Shown here: positions 23,201 through 38,200 of the stretch, in pieces
Layout: every line of letters begins with the position of its first letter
How positions within the stretch are numbered: position 1 is the first letter of the stretch
Assembly (NCBI GenBank): GCA_964187785.1
Contig: OZ076409.1
Coordinates: 78,060,001 to 78,124,000 of the forward strand
From: Amphiscolops sp. MND2022
Lineage: Eukaryota
Direction: 5' to 3'
Length of the DNA: 64,000 bases
Notes under the pieces: generated by a model
Told to the model about the DNA's origin: nothing
Databases searched by the model: none
What the model saw: the letters and a program-made list of their open reading frames with translations, nothing else
Made by a program: the position numbers and the translations under genes

Positions 23201-26200
23201 ATCAAGATCAATTGCCTCAAATTCTTTGAAAAATCAGGATTTTTCCTGGAAATAAGTAGGATATGTACTGAAAATTAATTTGGAACTTTTCGCATGAGAC
23301 GCGGTCAATTTTGTTTAGGAAAAACATAAAGTTGTAAATGTTTTTTAAATTTAGGAAAGACGTGAAACACTCTTCGCGTAACATGGGCGGATGGACCCCT
23401 CTGATGTACGCTAGCTACATTGGCCATGACACAGTTCTGGACCTGCTGCTTGCTGCTGGCGCTGACGTCACTTCCGTCAACATGAAGGGAAGAACGGCCC
23501 TCATGCTCGCTTGTTGCTGTGGAAACGAGGCTGCTGCTTACACTCTCCTTCAGGTTAATACACATGTACCGCGTTCATAGTCAAATAATGACCACTTTCA
23601 TCAGAAAAATATTATTGTTGTCAATTTTATTTTTCAATTTTTGGAGTGGAAATTTACACGTTTTGTTTTTGGGCTCTGCTACGCCATAAGAATATATGAG
23701 CCCTTTAGTTGCATCACTCAACTTAAATACTGTCTGGGTGAATTTCAGAAATGTGACAAAAATTAAGAGACCTATTGAAATTTAAATTAGTTACAAATCC
23801 GGTCTATTACCGAAATGATGGGACGGACGTTCAGCTGAAGAAAAAAACAGTGCAGTTTGAATCTCCCAGGTTAAATCGTGGTTATTTTGGCCATTTACTT
23901 CAGAAACTATTTCATTCCCTATTATTGGCTCTTATCAAAATGCCCTCTCAGCCAAGTAGAAGTGTTGATGTATAAGAGATCTGGGCTATTTGAATGTGCA
24001 AAACTTATAACTGTCAAAGTCGCAGCCTATCAGCAGCCCCGATATATTTTATACATGTATTTAAGTGTTTCACTTTGTCGTCCCCCTCTGCGATGTCCTT
24101 AAGAGCGTTTCTCTGTCCTCCCTTTTCGCTGTAGGGGGGACATAGTGAAAGATCCGATTATGCTTTTGATTCAAACTCATCTAGTTCAGAATGATTAACA
24201 TAGTAGCTCAGATACCATAATGCTGTTGTATAAATGGAACTTCTAACAGCCGGAAAGTTTTTCATATTTATAGGTGTCAGTCAATTTGTATATAATACTA
24301 AATGTAGTTTTTAGTCGGCGCTTCATGGAGTGAAACGCGACTATTATAGTGACTTTTTTCTATCCATACGAACTGACCAAAATTGTTCTTAAAAGTTCTA
24401 CAGAATATTATTGCACCAAATTCCACCATTTGGCCTAGCGAACTGAACCAAAAAGGTTTTTCCTGTTTTTCCGCGTAACATACCATACCGGGTGAGACCA
24501 AAGGGTCCCCCCTTTCAATTGTTTTCGGCACTGCGAGACTTTTTTCGGAAAATTTTTTCCCCAAAGGGCCCCCTTTAATCTTTTGCTGTTTTGCGTCAGA
24601 ATGGATGTTGGACTATCCCAAAGGGTCCCCCCTTTCAGTTTTTTCGGTACTGTGAGATTTTTTTCCGAAAATAAAAATTTTCCCCCTTCAATTTTTTGAT
24701 GTTTTGCGACAGAATGGATGTTGAAAAACCCCAAAGGGTCCCCCTTTCAGTTTTTCGGCATTGTGAGACTTCTTTTTCCAAAATTTGTGTTTTTCTCCAA
24801 AGGGTCCCCTCTTCAACTGCGACAAAAATGTTGACAATTTCGGAAGTGTCCCCCTTTTAGCGCGCCACTCGGTCCGTTTTTTTGCTTTTTCGAGTACTGT
24901 AAATGGACTCTTGGAAGTCCTTTTGCTATTTTCGAGCCTTGGATATGGCGCCGACTTGGGCCGGTCCCGGCTTGTTCAACGTTGACTTCGGGTGTCTTAC
25001 TGGAATACTTTTTTCACACATGGCGCACACTCAATGCGCAACGGGTGCTTTACCGCGAATACGCTCACTGTGCGCTATAAAATGAATTAATAGTACCATA
25101 CAATAGTGTATGAAATAAACTGAACCTTTATTTGTAAAAAAAGAATTAGTCCAAAACACAACTAGCTCTGATTTCTACTATCATCCAAGTTATTTGAAAT
25201 GCAACTAAACAAACATTCTAAGATTTTGTTGGGCTCTTGAAATGTAGGTTTACAAATAACGAAGAAACTTCCTAAAATCATTTCTCATTGGTTGTATTTA
25301 CTACTGAATTGGCAGATGGGACATCATTTTAGGCAATTTTGTAACATTTGGCAACTAATTTGTATATTTTGGTTATTTGACCGGTACTTCATTTCCTGAA
25401 GACATTGAACTGTTTTACATCAAGATAATTGGCAATATATAGTTTTCGAAATGGGTTTTCATTTCATTTACTATCCTAATACGTGAGAAACAGCTATTTT
25501 TCGCAAAGATTAGGGATTATGTTTTCGGTATCAGATTTTTCACCAATAAAATTAACATCAGGAGAATCTGCTAATTATGGCGATTGTACACATTATTATT
25601 ATTTCTGCTATAGCAGGAATAATATTGAAATCTGAACTTCAGAACTTTTTTTCAGTCAAATTTTCGTACGCGATTCGAGTACCTACTGATAAATTCAGAT
25701 ATTTTGTTCGGCAGTGAGTATAAGCGTGAGATTTGAATTTCTGAAGCTGCCGACGACAGTTCGTTTCTCGTGCGATGAAACGAGCGAGCGGTAATTATGC
25801 ATTCGTGCGCCGCATTCATTGAGATGAAGCGAGCTTGTGTTCGCGATTGTTCTTTGTTGCGCCGAATCATTGAGATGAAGCGAACGAGTGTTAATTCTTC
25901 GTACGCTGAATTCATTGAGATGAAGCGAGCGAATGTTCGTAATTATGCTTTCGTACGCCGAGTTCATGATATGAAACCAATGAGTGTTAATTATTCGTTC
26001 GCCGTGAACTTTGACTGTATTCAAATGCTAATGCGAAATTTCGTCTAGTAGTAATAACTCTTCCCTTAGTAGTTATATTTTCTTTAGTCCGAGAAGGCCG
26101 TGTGAACTGGTACAGCGACTAATGTGCGCTATATAATGATTGAACAGGAGTGTTTAGTTAATCCAAATGTTTGTCTATTAATGAACATGAAAGCCTAAAA

Positions 26201-29200
26201 AGCAGAAATAATGCTGTGCCCCGCAGGGGCTCATTTTCTTAATCCAATCCTTTAAATTCATGCGTGAAATAGAGAATGAAAGAAATCACCATATAAAATG
26301 CTAGCTTTGTTTACATGCAGTCCAAATTATTTCCTACAAAAAGGGTTCAACTCTTCTTACACTATTGTAGATCTGATGATTATTACATGTTGAACTCTTT
26401 ATTCAATAAGCAATATACACCAAAGATTCATCTGACAGTGAGGTTAAAAAAGATTCACAATTAGGTTTCAGTAAGATAACAGCACCTGTAGAATAAGGTT
26501 GCCGGTGTTTGAGATAGGTCAATCGGATCTCACCTTCGACGACCAATAAAATTTGAGGTTTCCCGTAGCTCAAAATTGTGTCTGTGGCGTTTTGAGGTAG
26601 TCGGATTGAGCAGACTGCAAATTCGTTATCGTTGGGAGGCAAATACATCTTTTTGTGTTTACCCATAATCTTTGGTTCAATTTTGAAATCAGTCTCAGAT
26701 GAAAACTTGTATCTGGTACTTTCAATTAAAGGTTGCAAGTCTATGAACTTAAACGTTAGACCTGCTCTGATTACATTGTCGCTCAGAGCCATGCATTCAA
26801 TACAGTTTCCACTGATGTAAGCATGTGGTGTCAATGCCTCCAGGTATATTGCCTCCCCAGGTTGAAGTTTGATGTAATTCAGGAGATAAATCAGAAGACA
26901 TCCTCTATCGTAGGCTAGATGATTGTGCAGATGAATCATCAACGGTTTCAATGGGGTTCTGTCATTATCAAGTAAGCTTCTAACTAATGAAGTAACATCG
27001 TTTTGTCTCATTGTCACGATATTCACAAAAGCAAGCTGTAGATCGTCTTCGTTTTCCAATTTTGTCACACCTAATAGCTTCTCAACGCTGTCATTGATTT
27101 CATTGATTGTTTTGATGAATCCATTGATTTCTTCCTTCGGACGGAAACCACACAGAGCTGTGAAGGGTGTGCACGCAATTGCCATTTCTGGTTTGTGCTT
27201 CGGTGTTTTGTAAACTTCTGGATTTTTTGCATGCAGTAGACGAGCCCATGTTTTGTCGGGGTGGATTTGCAGAGACAGCGGATGATGTATTGACAGAACT
27301 TTGAATAGAAAATCAAGGTCTGTTTCCCCGTCAAATTCATCACGCCGTTTTGACATGAAGTCAGTCAGCGTCTCGTCAGTACTGAAATTTTAAAAAGGCT
27401 ACGAAATTCTAGTTTACCAATTTGATGTTTTATTCTCTAACTTTCATTTGGCTCCGCTATGTGATGAAACAGTTGCGTGTAGAGCAAAATTTTAATTCAT
27501 TCTGATGGCCAAGTTCATTTCCGGGTGTTTGAAATTGCCGATTTTGATTCGAAAAACGATCGATTGAAAGTTTGCCGATGGACATCTTTTGTTCTCCCCT
27601 TGAAAATTTCTTGCAAAAATACGCCGCTGATTCGAAAATACCAGCAGAGATATTGGAAATCCTAAAACTTTTCGGATTTAACTGTGAGGATGAAAAGTTA
27701 CCCAAGAATGCTTGAAGGTTTGTTGGGGTGACTGCCCATCCATAGTTCCCCATATGTTTCCTCGTTGTCAATGAAGTCTATGTGTCCTCCTTTGTAGGCC
27801 AACTGCGCAACTAAACTCTCTGCGCCTTTCTTGCCCCAATGGTAATTTTGAATTCCACATTTTAACTGCTGCATCTTATAAATGTTCTAATAAATAACTT
27901 GAAAAGTCAACTGGTTATCAAAAGGTTTTGCGTTACAAAGATAACGCAATTTTGCGCTTAATTTCTATCTAGTCTATACTTTCTTGTGTGCGATTTGTCC
28001 TTGTATGCGAGTGTGGTGTACCTCTTTTCTAAAGCCACGAAAGGTTGGTAAAGTCGAGGATTAGTCACTAAATGTCATAAAGTTTAAAGTTTCAACTTGG
28101 TTGCTGTCAGCAAAAACAATCTGATTTGAAACTTGAAAATTTGCCTCTGAATTGATAAATTAATGAGTAAGCCATTACGTTTTTTATATTTACTATCATT
28201 GAACTATCTTATTTTACAATTGCTGAAGCTGGCCACGTTTCGAATTTTGCGTAAGTATCTAATTGCTGCTCTACCATGCGCAAATGACCTTGTGAAAAAT
28301 AATTGGACTCGTCGGTCGCGTTTTTGTGTCTGGCCGGTACATTTCTGACCGGTACTTGGTGACCGGCCAAATCAGTTCTGTTGACGCAGCGCCCTGTAGG
28401 TGATCAAATACTGTAATTTAATTATATGCCTATTTCACACAGTTTTCTGCTGCAACTGTCAAGAAACATTGCATGATCAGATCGGGTCGCACTCAAAAAT
28501 TCGTAACAAACCAGGTCTTTATCACGCATTGACATTTTATAGGTCAATGCGTGATAAATACCTGGCTTGGTTTGTTACGAATGTTTGAGTGCTCGTCGAC
28601 GCTTTTTCAAGCAAAACGTATTTTCCAATGGCCAGAAAGCTTTAAACTTTTTTTGGGAGAATAGGAAAGTAAAATTTCCTTTGAATCAGTCCTTCGACAA
28701 TTTAATTTCAAATTCCATAAATACGGTAACTTCATTATCAAGTGGTTTATTCATGGGTGTACTGAAAAGTTGAAGATCAAAAGTGGGGAAAACTAAGTGT
28801 ACTTCCAAAAAGTGGAATTTATCCAATTTTATACGCCAGTGCTTCTGTGAAACTGATTTTCTGGCAAAAACAAAACCGATTTTTCTGTTGATATGATTTA
28901 GCTATTGATTGTTGGCTTCTTTGGTGAAATGAGTATTATAAGTTGTCATTAGAATTGACGAACTGAAATGATTGGCAAATGCTTGTATTCAAGTTCTCTT
29001 GATCCTAGTTTTCGTGCACAGTCGTTATTGCAGCAATCAAGCCTAAAAAGTTGGCGACCGCCAGACTACAACAGAGGAAATTCTTTTCCATAAAGAAAGT
29101 GTATTCTCAGCAAGCCGGGAACGGCATAAGCCGGCAAAACCCAAAAATTGGACCGAACTGGCGCGCCCAGGGGCACTGGCGCGCTAAAAGGGGGACCCTT

Positions 29201-32200
29201 TCGGATTTTTTAACATCCATTCTGTTGCAAATTATGAAAAAATTGAAGGGGATCCTTTGGTGCAAAAGTTGGGAGATGAAAAGTCGAGAAACCCGAAGGT
29301 GTCCCTTTTTTATGAAATGCGTCGACTAAAAACCAGTTATACCAAATTTACGAGAGTTTTTTCCTTGGGAGTTCTCTCGATCAAACTTGTATGCATTTTA
29401 GGCTAGAGCCGATATAGACGCCATAGACTACCGTGGCAAGACTGCCCTGTTTCATGCAGTCTCCAATGGTCATAGCTCCCTAACTCGATTTATGCTTGAA
29501 AGCGGGGCAAACCCTAATGTGAAAGAACGTCTGCATGGCTACACGCCTCTTATTGAAGCTGCAATTGAAGACCAGCAAATGGTGGTGGAAGCACTCTTGG
29601 AGTTTGTTAGTATTATCATACCCTCAAGATTCCATTCATTTGAAGATTTTTATTATGACGGATTTTGAGAGAAGGCATATCAAAACATCATTTTTGATCA
29701 TGAAATTTTGACTTGAGTTTGTTGAGTTTGTGTTTATAATAGCGTGTTTTTTTCGTTTGAAGGGTGCTGATTGGAGAATAAAATTGGCCAATGGGCATTC
29801 AGCTAGGACCTTGGCTTTGAAACATAACCATTTGTCGGTTGTCGAGATGATCGATAGACGTATCAACGAAAGTGCCAAACGTCAAGGTTGGTTTAACGTA
29901 ATGATGAAGCAATGTAAAGAACGCCTTTGCCCTCAAAATTGATTAGATCAGGTTTTTCAGGCCAGCGAAGCTTGTAGGCCAGCAGATTTTCATAGGGGAT
30001 TTTCCATTTTTCCTATCACAAATTGGTTAAATTTTTAGGTTTCTATTTTAAAATCTTGACCCTATACGAGTTCGCTTTTTCAAATGAATTTCGGCTTCGT
30101 GCTTTTTCTTGGACTATGTAATTTGGAAAATTGAAAAAAAATGATTTTTTAGTTTGAAATCTTTCAACTCGGAACTGAGGATAGATATGTGGGAAATGGT
30201 TACCATTCAGGTAGATTTATACTCTGAGCATTAGTTTGGCTTTTTAGAAGTTTTTGCTTGTTAGTTGTTCTGAAGAAATGCAAAGAGTACAGTGCAAAAA
30301 ACCAAACCTTTGTTATTTTCCGCCTCCACAAATTTATTTGTGTATGGGACAAAAATCATCATCTGTGCTGCGTTTTTCCCCAAATTCTGCCAAATAACCA
30401 CAACCTCCATCCACTTCAGTTAGCTGCTATTTTAGTTACAGTGGAAGCCGCTTATATGGGACGCCTCGGGACCGGGTATTCTTGTCTACTATATCCTTGT
30501 CTCTTATATCAGTAGTAGAATTGACCGGACCAGGTAGTCCATGGGACCGAAATATGCATGCCAATTAAGCGTCGCCTCTTATACGCGTGTCCCATTTAAG
30601 CGGCTTCCACTGTACTATGGCTCAGTTGGTAGTGCATCCGCATTTCAGGCAGTAGATAGTAAGTGTGAATCTCGCCTTCGCCTGACTTTTTTAGAGAAGG
30701 CCGAAAATATCCCTGTGCTTAGCGGGCGTCTTGTTCTCATTTACCTGTGCGGAGATGAAAAATTATTTATCGAGTCCGGTTTTTGAACCCACGTACCCCT
30801 GCTCCCCAGTCATGCACTCTATCGACGAACCAAAATTACGTGGAATTTGAATAACAAGACGGAAACATCTAAAGTCGGCACGATATATAAGTCTCAAAAA
30901 CGCAGTTTTTAAAATATGCCCAGGACATTTTCATGAAAAACTCAGGAAAAAGTTTTGAAACACCGTAACGTTGCCTTTTGTGTTCGGAAAACGCTTCAGA
31001 AGTTCAGATATGGCGTGCTCAGTAAAACCAAATGACTTCGGATATAACGTCAAAAGTTCGGATATTGCGTGCTGAGACATTTGGGAGCGCTCGTTTCCGA
31101 ACCTCCGCCTCCTACTTAGTAAAACGCAATGTAGTTTGGATATAACGTCGGAAATTCGGATAGTATTGGAAAAAAATATTGGTGGATATCTATTGAGAAA
31201 ACCTAATTGAGATGCTGAAAAATGTAAAAAAAGGAGACCCTTTGAGCTTTTTGACACTCCAGTTTGTTGCAAAATATCAAACACTTGAAGGGGGAGCCTT
31301 TGGAGACAAAAAGATTTCAAAAAAGTCGCAGTGCCGAAAAAATGAAAGGGTGGACCCTTCAGTCTCGTCCGGTTTCGCAAATGCACGAAAAAGTTTGGCT
31401 AAAGCAAGGACTCGAACTCGCGATCGTTCGGTTCCCGCTAAACCGATTAAAGTCTGTGTTAAAAAGTGGTACATACAGGGTGAGCTCTGTGGTCTGACGA
31501 AAAAAGCTAGCCACTGTAATAGTCGGACACTTCTCTCTCAGGAAAAGCGAGTATGTATCTTGAAATATTCATGAAAGTATCTGTCAATTCACGTGGTCGG
31601 AAAAGGTTCTATGAAATTACGCCCAAAGACTTTACGCACGATAATTTGAAAGTTTGTTGTTCGTATAATTATTGGACGTAATGTAATGTCCAGACTCCCT
31701 TAAAAAAATCACTACTATAAAAGTCTCCGTTTTTAAAAACAAGCCGAGAACGGCCAAAGTCGGCACCATATCTAAGGCTCAAAATTGTAAAAGGGGGGAC
31801 CCTTTGACTTTGAAAAATTTCCCAAAAATTTTTTTGAGAAATGTGATTTTTGAACAGTGTCACAGTGCCGAAAAATGTAAAAGGGGGGACAATTTGGGAT
31901 TTTTTGACATCCATTGTGTTGCAAAATATCGAAACAAATGAAGGGGGACCTTTTGGTGCAATCCAAAAAATTTCAAAAAAAAGTCGCATAGTGCCGAAAA
32001 AAGTGGGGCTAAGGTGGGATCCTTAGTGTGTTTTTGAGGTTCTGGGCGTGTTTTGTTTTTTCTTTTCGTTTTGGACGCGCTTCTGAGGTTCGAGTGTTTT
32101 GAACCTCCATAGTTCAAGTTGTTGAACAAATGAACAAAAAAGTGGACCTTACGCGTCTAAAAAAACTACCACCACTTGAAAGAGTCGGGCACATTTTCTA

Positions 32201-35200
32201 CCAAAATGCGCCGACTAAAAAAGCGCCCGCTGAAAAATCACAATTCGACTTTCTCCTCATTCGAGAGTCTCTTTCTTGAACCTGACGATAGATACTTCGG
32301 AAAATGTTTTACTGTTTTACTAATGGTTGAGTTATACTCATTTTGGCATATAAATTTTCACTTCGCTTATAGTTTAAACTTTCGCTTGATGGGTTTTTCA
32401 AAAATGAAGTACGAATGATATTGGTTCTATTTCGTTTTTCCAATTTTGTCGCTCAAAATCTTTAAACCCAAAACAATTACATCAACCTGAACACACGCAG
32501 TACGCCAAAAAAGATCCGGTTTTATGTTTTTCCGGACATGATGATTTCCGGACAAAAATGATTTTTTTTTTGCTCGGATGTTTTATTCCATTGCTTTTTC
32601 CTGGCAGCTTTTGTGATGTTGCATCTCATTCGCTTTACTCCTTCGAGAAACTCCGCAGTCTTTTTCGAAAGCTTTTTCGCAAGCCTTGCGCTAAGCACCT
32701 TAGAGCTTATGTTTTGCACCTCATCAACTCTCGGTTTTCCGAAATAAGTTTGATTTCGTTGCTTATAGTTCTGTTGTCAGAGGAATGTCGAGGAGTCTTC
32801 ATGTTTTGTCAGTTTTCTTCCATTGTTGAGATTCAGGACTCCCGCGTCTGCAATCATCTGATGAATTTCCGAGTATTCACAAATTTCGATGAAGAAAATC
32901 ATTTTTGCTTGTGATACCATTAATTGCTTTCTCAATGACAATAGCTGTCTTTCATGATACTTTCATTCCCACTTGAGATCAATCAAAAACCAGTTTGGTA
33001 TTCAGCTTTCAGGAACACCAACGGCTCAGGGGCTGCTAAACAGAAGGATGGAGATTTGCTGCAATTACGAGGAAGTGAGATGAGAAGGAATGAGTCAATC
33101 ACAGTGAACGCCAACATGGCCCAACCTCCGTGTGCCAAATCGCCCAGCATCCACGAGGGACCCATGAGCTTCGCCAAGATACTCTCCAACTCTCTTCCAA
33201 AGGGCCAGGAGCAAAAGTTGAGATCAGGTAGAAGAATATGCAACAATTATTATATATTTTTAGTCGGCGCTTTATCCTTTTAAGGAAAAATGCCCGACTA
33301 TAGCAGTGACCTTTTTTTAGTCGGCGCTTTTCTAGTGAAAAGTGCCCGACTCTTACAAGGGCTAGTTTTTAGTCGGCGCTTTTCCATTAAGGGAAAAATG
33401 CCCGACTATAGCAGTGACTTTTTTTTCTTCAGACTATAATCCTCACACTGATCGGTCCACTTTTTAGAAACAATCCTGAAACCACCTTAGGGGCCAAGGC
33501 AAACTTAGTGCAAAGAGTCCCCCCTTTCATTTTTTACTTTTTCAAGGTAACCTACAAAACCGGACGGGACTAAAGAGTCCCCCCTTTCGATTTTTTTTCG
33601 CTTTTTTGCGCCACTGTGCGACTTTTTTCCCGAAAATTTTTTTGTCTCCAAAGGGTCCCCCCTTTCATTTTTTACTTTTTTAACGTAACCTACAAAACCG
33701 GCCGAGGCTAAAGAGTCCCCCCTTTTGATTTTTTTCGGCATTGTGCGACTTTTTTTTGAAAATTTTTTAATGTCTCAAAAGAGTCCCCCTTTCGAGTTTT
33801 TTGATATTTTGCAACAGAATTTTCGGCACTATGCGACATTTTCTGAAAGAAAAAAATTCTAAAATTTCAAGTTTTTTTTCAAAAAAAAGTCTTTTGCGCT
33901 TTTTGAGCCCTAGATATGGCGCCGACTTTAGACGTTCTCGTCTTGTTTGGCTTGAATTTGGTTCAGGTTCATTTTGACATAGAGAGAGTTGACATAGTCG
34001 AATTCTACAAGTTTACTCAGTCATGTCAGAATCTTTGTTATCATTTAAGGGTTTTGTTATTGTTTATGTTGGATAAAGGATTTAAAATGGTAGTTAGACC
34101 CACAATCGTCTTTGAATTCTTAGGAAGCAAATAAAAGACCAAAAAAGAAATAACATTACAAATTGATATAAAAATCATAAATTCTATTTAGACACCTGCG
34201 TTAGATCTCAAAAGCAGGTCATCATTGTCCACCTTATTTGTACGTGGAATTCATGAAGAGTTGAAAGTTGTCTTTTTAGCTACTTCCTTGGTCTTGACAC
34301 TCATCAATTCGAGAGGTATTTCACTTGGAATTTTCACTTATAAAATGTAGTTTGTGCTTCACTTCATTCTTGCTGTGAAAGATAATGTTGTTCTTCTGCC
34401 ATGTTGTCTCACTGTGGAAATAATTATATATGAACAGCTAGGAAAGGATTATTCCAGAGAACAACGAATAGGTTGTCCATCATAAAATTACCATACTTGG
34501 AAAAAAACTAATTGACAAAGTACTTTAGTGTTGCACAAAAAGCGTACGTTTCCTGATTTTGTTGATAAAGCTTTTTCGAAACGCCAATGCCGGACAAAAC
34601 ATGCAATTTTTCACCTTGAATTAGTTGAAAAGTCTTTATTAGAATCATTTTATAACCATAGATTTTTCGAAACGATCCGATACAGCCCTCGGTATCGTTT
34701 TAACAGTTTTTTTATAAATGGAAATGATCGTCACTGTCCAGAGGTACGAATTTTTGAAATATGAATACTGATAAATACTGACATCCTTTCATTATTGTTT
34801 CTGCGTACGTTGGAATAGTTTGTAAAAAATAAAAATCTACCTTTTTCCTTTTACCCTTGTAACAAGAATCAGTGGCAAGAGCCTCCTGGTCATTCCGCAC
34901 GTTCTGAAATTTCGCAACTCCATTGCTAACAAGCCGGGACCGGCCCAAGTCGGCGCCATATCCAAGGCTCAAAAATAGCAAAAGGACATCAAAGTTTCAA
35001 AGTATTCTTTTCTACAGCACTAATTTTTTTTGAAAAAAGTCTCACAACGCCGAAAAAAATTGAAGGAGGGGACCCTTTGGGATTTTTTTATACCCAGTCT
35101 GTCGCAAAACCCAAAAAATTGAAGGGGGACCCTTTGGTCTCGTCCGGCATTGTATGTTATGCGGGAAACTTTTTGGTTCTGTTCCCTGGGCCAACAGGTG

Positions 35201-38200
35201 AAATTTGAAATTTTGTAGAACTTTTGGTAGAACTATTTTGGTCAGTTCAGGTGGTCTTAAAAAAACACTGACGAAAAGCCATGACTATAGTCGGCTCTTT
35301 TCTCTAGAAAAGCGCCGACTAAAAATAGCAAAACTCAAAACCAAATATCTTTAAAACTCACGAAAATGGGAAATTGTCCACAAGGAAAGTTTCATGGAAT
35401 TTTCTGCAATTTCCGAAAATGTTTGTTTGAAAATTATGCGACAAAAATTACAAAGTTAATATTTGTGAATTTTGAGAAAATTTTATCAAGGGTGCCATTT
35501 TCTCAGGAATATTCATTCAAATATATGTTTTTTAGGAATATGAATATTTGGAATTTTTTTACCCGAGTATTTGCCCCCAAATCTTTTGAAGGTTGTATAA
35601 TTTGATTGAAAAACTTTTTAGATTTTAAACAATAGCCTATCTCAATACATGTTTTGCAGTGCTTATAGGCACAAAATAGAGTACTTCTTTTCTGATTCGG
35701 AATAAAATTTGAATCAAGACAATTCTCAGTAGGTGCAGGACATTGTAACGAGTCTACGAATAAGTAAATTTTCCAAAAAAAATTAAGCAACTCAAATTCG
35801 AAAAAAATGCATGCAATCTCTAACTTTCTCGATAGTTGAAACATTTTTGTAAACTAGGTAGAATTTTACGAACTTTTTGTGGCTGACAAAGTTTGTATTT
35901 GTGACAGTTTACGAAATATTTGGGTTTGAATTATACTTTTTAAGCATCGGTGTTGCAATATTTAGAACGCTACTGTAGCGAGAAAGCATGTTACTGACAC
36001 CAACCGAGCGGGTAATGACTTTTGACTAATCAATCGTTCGCTAAGAGCTTCCGCCACCGAAGGAATGAGTGCAAAAGGTCCTTATGTCTAACTAGTACTG
36101 TGCTTCTTCATGTAACAAACGTTGTCCAGGATTCAGATAGATTTTCTGGTGAGACTCATTAGGTTTGACCATCAGCAACATATTAAAATTAGGAATTGAA
36201 CACCACTACAAGTTTTTATTGAACGATATTTTTTCTATAAAATCATCTGGAAATAATAGATGTATTTTTTGGAATTTTTGCAGTTGTAGAAGTATTAGTG
36301 AGCGGCCGTATTCTTCAATAAATTCAAAGACGACGTTTTTTTTTTGAAAAATGAAAGTAGTTAGGCTTGTTTGAAATGTTGAACACTTCTCTACCGCCTA
36401 CAGCTACCAGAGGGGACTTTGGTAAGAAATGTCCTTATTACTATCGTACACAAGATGGTTTTTTTGCCCAACGATAACAAGTGTGCGGCGGAAAAGCGTT
36501 GAGATAAAAAAGACTTGGGTACATGGGCGCCCTACGCGAACAAAAACATGCCGCTTTACCCTTATGTGCCTTTAATATCGTTTGGAATGAATGCGCTCAG
36601 ATACGAGTTTCGTATCTTGCTCTGTTTATATCGTCATTCGAGTAGGTGACGAATTCCACCTATTCGAATTCGTGCTCTGTGCTGAGTGAGGTTTTATGCG
36701 GATTACGTTGTGGAGCGCATGTCTTGGGAGATGATTTCTTTTAAGTCGGTCAACGGGAAGTTCCTTTGACATATATCAACTGTACATACTTTCACAAAAC
36801 ATTTCATTAAAAAATACATTTTCAGTCAATTAAATTCTGTGAACTATCTCTTGTGACTTCCGGAATATCTCCATGATTTTACCCTCTTGAGTTTTAATCT
36901 CCGCCTAATACCTCGCTCTTTTTATGGTTATCCAATTTTGTCAATTTTTTCAGGAGCCTCAGTTGAAAATGACGATAACGATATTACCATCAGGAATGCA
37001 GACAGTAGTTGGAACAAATCGGGTTCTAAAGTTGACCCCTATGTTGGCAAGCCCCACACGCCTGCGGTCACGTGGTCTGACGGGGTCACGGGACGAGAGG
37101 AAGCAATAGACTCTGTGAAGACCCAGGGAAATGAGGCGCCTTCTGTATTTGCGTCATCCACTGATCGATTGAAAGAAGTTGTTGTACAAGGTAGTATTGC
37201 ATTTGTAGCAGAATAGATATCTGGGCTAATTGAAAATTGGTTTTGATTTATTCTGTATGACATATTACAAGGTTCTTTTAAAAAATGAAAAGCGACGCCT
37301 ATAGGATAGATAGATAGAGATCATTCTTCGTACATGTAAAATCAAGAGCGAAGCTCTTTAATTATCTTCTTTTTTAAAACATCTTTTTAAACATGTACGA
37401 GATGAGTGTGAAAGATGGATGAAAGCGATCATACATACCACTTGCGTCTGACGTGAAATGTGAATATTTTTACTGATGAGTGCTAGTCATTTCTGACGTT
37501 TCAGATTATTCCTCATGAAAGTGTTTAGGATTACCCTGTGCGAGAAGTACATGTTTTTGATCGGTGCTTTTGTAAGGAAAGACTACTTTTTGTGCCCGAC
37601 TTTTGCGAAAAGTACTTTTAGGACTTCTGAGTTTCAAGATTTTGTGTACTCTTCGGGTTACTGGTTTTTCATTATTTTTCTGTATAAACGTTTTCATCAT
37701 GCATTGAAAAGAAAAATTGAAAATTACAACGCTGGTATAGAGGCAAAGGAAAAATTTTATATCCGCGAAAATTTCAAATTTTGCGATAAAAAATTTTTCT
37801 GACTGGAAAAATTTATTGGGCTTTTTGAAGAAATTCTAAGATTTTACCTCGGGGCAATCACTCACGCCAATTAGTTTTTTAATTTTGTCGGTTTTTGTCC
37901 AATGTGACTGGCTCGTTAAACGTTCTTCCGTTTAACTGGTATCATGCAACTGTGATAGTACGTTTGAAATTTTTAGATTTTCAAGCCGAAGATCTGGAGG
38001 GCATATTTGATCCCCTTTGTTTTAATTTTTACTTGTTTTATGAAACTATAAAACCAAAGGGTTCCGCTTTAGATTTTTTCGATATTCTGCGACTTCTAAG
38101 ACTGCCTATTTTGAGGCCTGAGCGTGGCGCGACTTAAAATGTTTCCGCTTTACTAGATATTTTTTGAATAAAAAGTACCTGAAATTTCACGACGCTATCC

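Noticed and set aside
24298..24985. ORFs such as MGFFNIHSVAKHQK... (also ~20642, 22122, 31200-32100, 33505, 38134-38513)
   Set aside because: Translations of non-coding family A repeat sequence
27457..27771. ORF-track 104-aa protein
   Set aside because: Out-of-frame overlap of MPI exon 1 plus intron sequence
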